Source: Blastocladiella emersonii ATCC 22665 (Eukaryota > Fungi > Blastocladiomycota). Taken from it: a stretch of DNA of 64,000 nt. The stretch covers positions 1,984,001-2,048,000 of the forward strand of contig JANHCV010000002.1 in assembly GCA_025594325.1 (NCBI GenBank), written 5' to 3'. Shown piece by piece: positions 49,921 to 58,292 of this stretch; positions within the stretch are counted from its first letter, which is position 1; each line of letters begins with the position of its first letter. Below the pieces are notes generated by a model. It did not search any database and had not been told where the DNA came from. It was given only the letters and a program-made list of their open reading frames with translations. A program made the translations under genes and the position numbers.

Positions 49921-51238
49921 TCAAAGACGGGTCCCACGAGCGGCCATGACGCGCCTGTACTCGGTCCAAAGAACATTTGCGATGCGGTTCCGAAGCGAGA
50001 TACCGCGCTGACGAGCTCCGTCCAGCGAGGCCTCGAGGACAGCGGCCTCGTCGTCCTCCTCGTTCTCGTCGTTCAGGGGCTCGCGCCCACGCACACGCGC
50101 CTCACGCGCCGCGTCCCGCGCACGCCGGAGCTCCGTCTCGGCGTCGCGAAAGAAGGCGTCGCCGCCTTGGTTCCACTTGTTGATCATGTTGTGCAGCGTG
50201 CAGAGCGCGTACACAAGCTTGACTTGAGTCTTGATTGGGTAGGCCGCGCCAATCGAGAGGACGCGGAACCGCTTCTTGAGCACGCCAAAGATATGCTCAA
50301 TGGAATTGCGGAGCGACGCGTGACGCAGATTGAAAAGCTCTTCGCTGTTCTCAACTCTACGTACGTTGGTGAAGCAGATGAGATGGCGCCAACGTGATGG
50401 TCATGGCAGTGAGAACGTACCCATCCTTGCCGCGGGCAAACTCGCGAAGATGATAGCGGGTACCGCTGAAGGGCACGATGATGGACGTGCGGTTTGCGTA
50501 GCCGCCGTCGGCGAGGTAGAAGCGGCCGGCGGGGATCTTGAACCCACGGGCGAAGGCGTCCAAGAGCACGCGCGAGTCGTGCGCCTTGCCCTCCCACCCT
50601 GCGAGAACGTAGGTGAAGTTCAAGTCAAAGTCGCAGGCAGCGAGGACATTTGAGGAGATGGTCCCCTTGCGGTTTCGGAACGAGTCGTGAAGCTTGGCGG
50701 GCACAACAAACGGGATGTGCGTTCCGTCAAGCGCGCCGACCGCGTTCTGGAACGGAGCGTATTTCGGGTCGTGGGCGATGCGCTCATGCACGGGCGTAGA
50801 ATCGGACGGCTGGACAATGAACTCGGGCATCAGGCGGTACAGAGCGTCGAGCACCTGCTTCAGAACCCTGGACGCGGTCTCGCCAGAGATTTGGAACCGC
50901 TCCCTGAGGTTGCGGTTGGTGCTGCCCTCGCCGGCCATGACAAGAAAAACCATGAAGCGCGCCTCGACGGACAGCTCGCGGCCGTCGGTGAGAAGGCCAC
51001 GGTCGCGGAACAGGCGGCAGATGGCCTTGAAGGTCTCGCGGGGCATACGGGCGATTTCCGAAAAACGCGTTTTGCTGTTGCACGTCAGCAGCTCTTGAAC
51101 CCACGACTCGCCAGAAAGCGTGGACGTGCGGATAGGCTCCCACGAGCGGCGCTCGTTGCGCGCAGCGAGACGTCGCAGGAGAGCGAGGGCGGCCGTGAGC
51201 ATGAGGCCGCGCAGCTTGCGGTTGTATCCCTTGCCCAT
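49921..51238 (-). CDS. Harbinger DDE transposase (DDE_Tnp_4-like), ~417 aa
   Basis: Exons 51238-50421 and 50356-49921. GALDGTHI, WEGKAHDSRV, YLADGGY, ELFNLRHASLRNSIEHIFGVLKKRF. No disabling mutation seen. Confidence 0.92.
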
Positions 51239-51724
51239 GTTGTTTGAGGGCTCGAGAACACGATGCGTGAGGTTAGGTGTTGATTCGTTGCAATAAGTGC
51301 GGCTGCAAAGAGGTGGGAAAGATTTTATTGCGGGGGGGGGGAGGGGCGTTCATCCAGCGGGGCGTTTGGTTCGCACGGCCGCTGAGATGAACGGGGGTGA
51401 GGTGAAACGTGGCAACTTTTTCAGCTGATCCACCTGATCTGAACCAAACGGACCCTAAGATGAACGACGCGTCTTGATCGCGACCCCGGGCTGGTACTGC
51501 ACTTCGTCGGCAACAATGTAACCCTTGCCATTGAAATGTACTTCGCGCAAATGCATCGGCTCGCACCTGGTCGGCAAGGCGTCGGGTCAGGCCGGACCGC
51601 GTGAACAACGCGTTGGAACAAGGCAGCTCCAGGATAGCTCCAGTTCCTGGGCCACTTCAAACACAGCGGCACCGGCCGCGCTCAAGCTCTCTCTCCCACC
51701 ACCATTTTGGCCGAACCTGGCACC

Positions 51725-53163
51725 ATGAATCTTCCGTCCGCTTCGAGCGACGCCATGCACCCCGAGACGGAACCATCCATGCTAGCGTTGTCGCAGGAGC
51801 AGCTTGCCGCTCATCCGGCCGTTGCGCTTCTCGATTTCGCCCACATCCGTCCCGTGTGGCTCCGGCTATGTCTCCGCTACCTCGCACCGAAGGACCGCGC
51901 CGCCCTGGGCGCCATCTCGCGCGATGCGCTTGCCGCCATTGACGCCATTCCGGCCAAGCTGATATACGTTTCCGTCAACGAACGTCTACGTGCGCTGAGC
52001 CGTTTCGCAGCATCGGGCAACATCCCCATGCTCCGCACCCTGCTCGCCATGCTGCCATCGCCCAATGCCCGTCCGAACGCCATGTTCGAGCAGGTTCCAG
52101 CTCTGATCTACGCTGTGCGCAACGACCAGGTCGAGGCGGCGCGCATCTTGGTTGCAGCCGGTGCAAAACCTGAGCGCGGAACGCGGAACGGCGACCCGCG
52201 CTCAACGAACGCGTTGTTCATTGCCGTGGTGCGCGACAACGCGGCCATGCGCTGTGCGTGCTTTGCAGCGAGATGGGCGCGGAGCTCGACGGAAATCATG
52301 ATCTACTTACTTTCGCGGTGCTTATCGGCGAGGCTGACCTTGTCCGCGGTCTGCTCGCGACCGACCCGCAGGTCGTGCGGAACGGGACCCCGGCGCTTGA
52401 TCACGCCATGCACGCAGGTCGGCTCGATCTTGTGCGGCTACTTGTGCCCGCCTTCCGTGCACGCGGCCTTGACGCTGGTCACAAGGGCGCTTACCGCTCA
52501 CGCGATATCGAGGTCGAGCTCAAACGGGGGTCCTACTTGCTCCGCGCCATCCGACGCGGCTCGCCCGACCTCGTACGCGCGCTCGCTGTCGAGTTTGACG
52601 CACCTCTCACTCTTCCCGAAATTTCTCACACGCCCGTACCCGGGTGCCCTATCTCGAACAACACAACGATCGCCGATGCGTCGCACGATGGCGCGTACTA
52701 TGCGCTGTGCTGTGCCGCGTCGCGTGGAAGCGCATTCGTCGAGCCGATCCTTGATGCGCTGCGGGCAAGGCACGGCGCGGACGTGCAGATCCCGCGCGAG
52801 GCGACGCCCGAGCTCTCAGACGTGGTGCGCGGCCGGCTTCGCGGTCAGGCAGAGCTTGCCCTCCTGCTCGAACGCAGCGAGAGTACGCCAGCAGCGCCAG
52901 AGCCGGACTCGCATCTCTCGGAAAGTGCGACGGCGGAGTCTGAACCGGACCGGCTTCTCTTAGCAAGTTCGACGGCGGAACAAGAGCCGGACCGGCTTCT
53001 CTCAGCAAGTGCGACGGCGGAACCAGAGCCGGACCCTCTGCTCTCAGCAATTACGACAACGGTAGAAGCAGGGCCGCCTGTTTCCACCGCGAGCCGGCTT
53101 CGGTTTTGTTCATGGCGTTCGCTCTTCCCTTTCTGCGGCCCGTGGAAACGGGACGGGGAGTAG
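51725..53163 (+). pseudogene. F-box-like/ankyrin family copy I: internally deleted, frameshifted and 3'-truncated
   Basis: MNLPSAS..ALLDFAHIRPVWLRLCLRYL. Frame switch near 52255 into ORF 52258..53163. Homology ends in a tandem-repeat segment. Confidence 0.75.
52885..53055 (+). repeat. 39-bp coding tandem repeat (~4 units; AE.EPD.LL.AS.T)
   Basis: GCGACGGCGGA..GAGCCGGACC..CTTCTCTCAGCAAGT repeated. Confidence 0.8.
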
Positions 53164-53988
53164 AGTATCGCCGAGTAACGAAGAGGTGGACTTCATGAAG
53201 CCCAAGTCGGTGAGAAATGGCCACCTCAAGAGCCCGTCATGAATACATAACTCGGCCGATGCTGCAGCGTTGGAGTGAGGTCGCGCGTGCGATTGGAACA
53301 CAGCGGACGCGAGTGAGCAGGGCAAGCTTCTGAATCCTGCAGAAACACGGTCCGATAGCCAGTTGCGAAGGCCGATGGAAGTTGTGGAGTAGCGGCTTGA
53401 CGTTCGTCGAGTCGACGACGCGCGTCCGATGACGTCGAGTTGTGGCTGAGGCTGAGGTTGTGGTGGCGCAGCATCGGGTCGCCGCAGCCACTCGGTCCCC
53501 CGTGACTCGTGGCTGCGCACCTGGGCTCAGCCCACGCACGAGCCGACGCCGCGGGCTGGGTCCCCGCAACAGCCACAGTTGCAACTTGCACTTCGCTGTG
53601 CTCGGCTATACTTTCGGAAGCACCATGGCCGCTTCCCCCGCGCGCGAGCCTCGCGTTCATCTTTCCCAGAGCGGCGCACGCTCCGCGCCAGTATTTCGGC
53701 GGGGGCGCGATCAGTACACAAGCACTGAAGTCTGCGCCGCGTCGCTCACATTTCTCGGCCTTGTTGAGCGAGTGCGCGAGCCGTCGGCCGAGTCGGCGGC
53801 CATGGCGAGGGACCGAGTATAAAGGTCCCGCGCGTCCCTCGCTCCTCCTCTTCTCAGTTCAACATCCCCCTCCACCCCCGATCAACGCTGGCCGTTCGAT
53901 CACCAACCCTCCATCAACCACTCATCTCCCTACCCTCACAACTTCGCTGGTCGTCGTTCATACCCTCAACCTCACCCAAAACGCCAAC

Positions 53989-55194
53989 ATGCAGTACTCG
54001 GTCATTGCCCTCCTCGCCATCGCGGCCGCGGCCGCCACGTCCGTCGACGCGCACGGCGCCATCATCGGCGCCAAGGGCATCAACAACATCGAAGGTCGTG
54101 CCATCGGCATCAAGATGACGACGCCGCGCGACGGCACCGGCCGCAACCCGTTCCAGCAGGACGCGTCCATCATCCGCGACGGCGAGATCGCCGAGGGCGG
54201 GTCCCCCTGCGGCCGCACGCTCGGCGGCGGCAACAACGACATCAAGACGGGCATGTCGGCGATGAAGGCCGAGCTCGGCGGGCTGCCCATGGTCGCGCCC
54301 GGCCAGCCCCTGACGCTGACGGTGCACCAGATCAACGCCGACGGCGCGGGGCCCTACACGTGCGACATCTCGACGACCGCCTCGGGCACCGACTTCCAGC
54401 CGCTGCAGGTCATGCAGAACCTGCCGGGCACGCGCGGCCGCAACCGCGCCACCAACACGACGCCGCAGCCGCTCATGGTCATGATCCCGCAGAACGCGCA
54501 GTGCACGGGCGGCGCCGACGGCAACGCGTGCATCGTCCGCTGCCGCAACCCCGCCAACGCGGGCCCGTTCGGCGGTTGCATCCCGGTCATGATGGCCTCG
54601 GTCGCGGCCGACAACGGGGCTGGGGCGGATGCGGGAACTGGCGCGGGTGCGGGTGGCGCTGGAAACGGCCTCGACGCGGCGACGGGCGGCAACGATGCGG
54701 CGACAGGCGGAAACGACGCGACTGGCGGCGATATCAACACGGGCGCGGGCGCCAATGTTGGTGCGGGCGGCAACGCGTCGAACGGGAACGTCGGGGCTGG
54801 GGCGGGTGCGGGCGGCAACGTTCGTGGAAACGTGGGCGCTGGCGCGGGTAACAACAACGCGAACGCGCGCGGCAACGTCGGGAACGCTCGCGGAAACGCT
54901 CGCAACAACAACAACAACAACGCGGGCGCGGGCGCGGGCGCGGCGAACGGGAGCGTGCGCGGGAACGTTGGCGCTGGCGCCGGTGCGAACAACGGTAACC
55001 TGCGCGGGAACGGGAACGCGAACGCGGGCGGTCGCACGAACGGCAACGTCGCGACGGGTAACAACGGCAACACCGCGAACCTGCGCGGCAACGTCGGTGC
55101 GGGTGCGGGTGCGGGTGCGAACGCTGGCGCTGGCGCCGGTGCGAACCTCAACAACGCGAACGGTATCCGCAGCACGCGCAACCAGCGCAACTGA
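53989..55194 (+). CDS. Secreted Egh16-like (DUF3129) protein, paralog 3, 401 aa with a long G/N/A-rich repetitive tail
   Basis: ATG 53989 (MQYSVIALLAIAAAAATSVDA-HG). TATAAA at 53818. Same DUF3129 motifs as copies 1 and 2. Tail of RGNVGAGAGA/NNN repeats. Confidence 0.9.
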   Translation: MQYSVIALLAIAAAAATSVDAHGAIIGAKGINNIEGRAIGIKMTTPRDGTGRNPFQQDASIIRDGEIAEGGSPCGRTLGGGNNDIKTGMSAMKAELGGLPMVAPGQPLTLTVHQINADGAGPYTCDISTTASGTDFQPLQVMQNLPGTRGRNRATNTTPQPLMVMIPQNAQCTGGADGNACIVRCRNPANAGPFGGCIPVMMASVAADNGAGADAGTGAGAGGAGNGLDAATGGNDAATGGNDATGGDINTGAGANVGAGGNASNGNVGAGAGAGGNVRGNVGAGAGNNNANARGNVGNARGNARNNNNNNAGAGAGAANGSVRGNVGAGAGANNGNLRGNGNANAGGRTNGNVATGNNGNTANLRGNVGAGAGAGANAGAGAGANLNNANGIRSTRNQRN

Positions 55195-55534
55195 GCGGTC
55201 GCGATGCGGCGGTTTGCTTCCTTGTCCCAGTATCACAGACGCACATGTAAATACACGAATGTTGTCTCCATCTTCTCTCCCTGTTCCTGCCTGACCTCGA
55301 TAGCGATTGGGCATGAGCGTGATCGAAGTTTTGATCGTCCCGTGTTTCAGTCTCGCGATGTGGCGCAACGCGTCCCCGCCCACTACACCGGCAAGCGCTA
55401 GCTCAAAGGATACTGGGCACTGAATCGATTTCAATACAAAAGAGACTGATGTCGATGATGAACGCACCACTTGAGCGAGCTGGACGAGCTTGATTTGAGC
55501 AATGCCGCATCGGTTGGGTCAAGCAAGTGCGAAA

Positions 55535-56332
55535 TCAGAAAGGCCCAAGCGCTCGCAGGATCCGCGGTTCGTCAATATCGTCCATGACCATGTCCGGGAG
55601 CTTCCAAATCATCTCCCAAGTGTCGGCACCCGCGTCCAACATTTCGCGCGACCTTTTCGAAGCGGCTGCCCAATTGACAACGTACGAGATGCTCACAACG
55701 TATTGGACCGACGTTTCCCAGCTGCACTCGCACTTGCATTTGGCGGTCATCGGCGGCGCCGCCGTGCGCATAGATTTTTCCCAAGCAGCAATCGTGCACA
55801 AGCGGCTCCAAGACTGGTCGATGAGAGACGCAAGTGGTCGTAGCTGCTCACGGTCTTGCACGCACTCATTCTGCAGCAAAGCAATGAGATCACACCAAGC
55901 CTTCTGTCGCATAAGCGGACAGTCAGAGCAAAGCTCAGGCGCTTAATGCTCGGCAAAGTACTCGGTCCTCGACGGCACGGCGTTGAAGTCGTCGCTTGGG
56001 GTGAAGAGAGTCCGAACCACGGCATGCAGGAACACATGAGTTGTGTTGGACGCTTTGATTCGCTCTCTGATATCCCAACTCGGCCGACCGCCTTCGCTTG
56101 AGATGAAAACCCACACGAGGTCGACGGCCGCGGCCCAAATCACGCGTTCCTCGTCCAGGTTCGAGGGCGCAAATGTGAAGAGCTCACTCGGGAGCGCAAG
56201 AACGCCATCCGCGTCGAAAAGAAATTCGTGTTGCCAGTTGACACGCGGCTCTCCATCGAGTTTGGCATAATCGCGGATAAAGTCGTGAAGGGTCAGGCGG
56301 CCGTCGCAACTGAAGCGCGGCCCTGGGATCAA
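55535..56332 (-). pseudogene. Family III unknown protein fragment with an in-frame TAA at 55943-55945
   Basis: ORFs 55943..56332 and 55535..55912 are in the same frame. LLQNECVQDREQL..QSWSRLCTIAAWE matches LLDKCVKDQKQL..RSWGRLCAIASWD at 63775-63993. Confidence 0.5.
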
Positions 56333-56423
56333 CGCAAACCGTAGGACAGCAACCGCGACCTTGGTCGACGCACGGGACTCCAGTCGACCATTGCAATACG
56401 CTATATAACCAACGAGACACGTC

Positions 56424-58011
56424 TCAGTTTCGCGTTGCTGCGCAGTTTAGTGAGATAGTAGCGTGACGCGTACCATTGAGGAGGTGCTGCTTCCATTCGT
56501 GGACCGGGTCGCGCTCGCGGACCTGAACAACAAAGTCAAGCTCACCGCGAGCCAGGAGAGCACCGACGATGAAGCTCCAGCAGTTTCGAGCAATCAGCCC
56601 ATGGCTGTCGAGGAACTTGATTCGGTCAAGTGAAAGACCGCGGTCAACCCATTCAGCGATGCACGTCCCGAGTTGTCTGTTTTCCAACTCACAAGTCATG
56701 ACGCAGGCGGGGACCCAGCATTTGAGCACAGTATCATCGAAATCGGGGCTGATGGCGAGCGCAGGGATGACTAGATCGGGAAACTTGGCGATGAGCGAGA
56801 AGAGAAGCTCGGGACCCAACACCGCGGCGGTGTGCACGTACAAGTTGCGCACAGCCTTCGACATTTGCTCGCCGCGGTCGAGGATCCAAGTAAAAAAGTC
56901 CTCCGATGGCGTCGCTGCCCGCAGTACAAAATCCGCCGGTTCCATTGTAAAGAGTAAGGCGACAAGCGCTGGTTCGTCAACTCCGTACCGCGGCTCGCCT
57001 ACGAGCAGCCGGAAGCACGTGTGATCCCACATCAGTAGCGCCAAGTATGGCAAGGCGGCACTGAAACGTATTGGACACGTTGCGCAATTCGGGTCTTTCC
57101 CCGAAACTTGAAAGGCTGGCGCGTCCACGCGACCTGCGCCGCCGCCAGCTTGCGGGCGCCGCCGCGACCTGCCATGCCTCTCGCCGCTTGCGGAACGCGG
57201 CCGACGCGCGGAAGCGAGGCCTGAAAGTTCGGCCCTCGCTTTGCAGGGAGTCGCGAGTGCAGCGCTCGTCGAGAGGCGTGGCAGGTCGCTTGCGTTGCGG
57301 TTCGGCGCGTCGCGTGACGCGCCCAGCCTTTCAGGATTTGGGGGGAGGCCCGAATTGCGCAACGTGTCCATTGAAAGTTGGGGCAAGTCGAACTCCCCGG
57401 AGTAGAAGGGCAAGTCGACAAAGTACTCGAGGAGAGAAATCCAACGTTCGAGCTCCGTTTCCATGTCGAGCAACTTTGGCCGTTCAGCGACGGTTCCATC
57501 GAGAATTTGCCACAGGGCGTCTGATTGACCACGCGCTACGGTCGCGAGGACAAGCTCAATGAACATAACCTGGGGATCGTTGAAAATGGTGTCAGGTCGC
57601 CCTGTCAGCGTACGGTCTTGGTACTCGTGCATGTGGTCCGAGTTAAAGTCGCTAGCGCGGATGCGGCGACGCACGAGTGCAACCAAGTTGACAAGCAGAG
57701 ACGTCATCGAGGGATTGAGATCTTCGGGAGCTTGTCCCGACGCCGGGTCGGTATTGGTGCCAACGTGGTCGTTGTGCGCAGGGGCGAAAAACCCCCAGCA
57801 CGGCTTTAGGTTCAAGGCGGCCGCTGCGAGGGTAACCCAGGAGCCCAAGTAGAACGGAGAAAGTCCAGGAAAAAGTCACAGAATCGTCGGCGATCGCAGA
57901 AACAAGCAGGGCCGATGCAGCTGGGGCGACAGCACGCGGGGTTGCAAGCCGGAGCACGGCGCTCACCAGCTTGGTGGGGAGCCGTGCGAAGGTGAGTTCA
58001 TCAGATTGCAT
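56424..58011 (-). pseudogene. Family II copy 2: F-box-like start, one-base frameshift, in-frame MITE insertion
   Basis: ATG 58011 (MQSDELTFARLPTKLVSAVLRL). Frameshift in the A5 run near 57870 into ORF 56424..57848. The frameshift could instead be a sequencing indel. Confidence 0.6.
57073..57369. mobile_element. 297-bp MITE with ~60-bp imperfect TIRs and 3-bp TSD
   Basis: GGACACGTTGCGCAATTCGGG is perfect for 21 bp at both ends. ATT at 57070-57072 and 57370-57372. Removal gives QLS-IRFS in frame. Confidence 0.85.
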
Positions 58012-58118
58012 CGGGTTACTGTTGCACGGGAGGTTTGTGGTGCCCTTTGCGAGAGGAGAGGAGCGTGGGAACCGGTGTGAAGGCGGTGGCGAAGGCGAGG
58101 ACTTGCTGTTCGAGCACC

Positions 58119-58292
58119 TGTAAGGTGCCGAGGGGGAGGGTCTTGTGCCACGAGGAATGACTAGCCGGATAATGAAGGATTGTATCACGAATGACAAGAG
58201 AGAGGGAGAGCGAGGGCAACGCTCGGCTTATGAGGGACTGCGCCACCAGCCTGCGCCACCAGCCCGAGCCGTTGGATCACTGAACCGTGACA
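58119..58292 (-). repeat. 3' LTR
   Basis: TGTAAGG..CCGTGACA, preceded on the - strand by the polypurine tract GGAGGGGGAAGGGGAGATAG (58293-58312). Confidence 0.95.

Larger units (their letters stand above)
48208..51455. mobile_element. Complete PIF/Harbinger DNA transposon (3248 bp)
   Basis: TIRs GGGCCCGTTTGGTTC and GGGTCCGTTTGGTTC, with a shared subterminal ATCAGGTGGATCA. TAA TSD at 48205-48207 and 51456-51458. Carries convergent Myb/SANT-like and DDE transposase genes. Confidence 0.95.
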
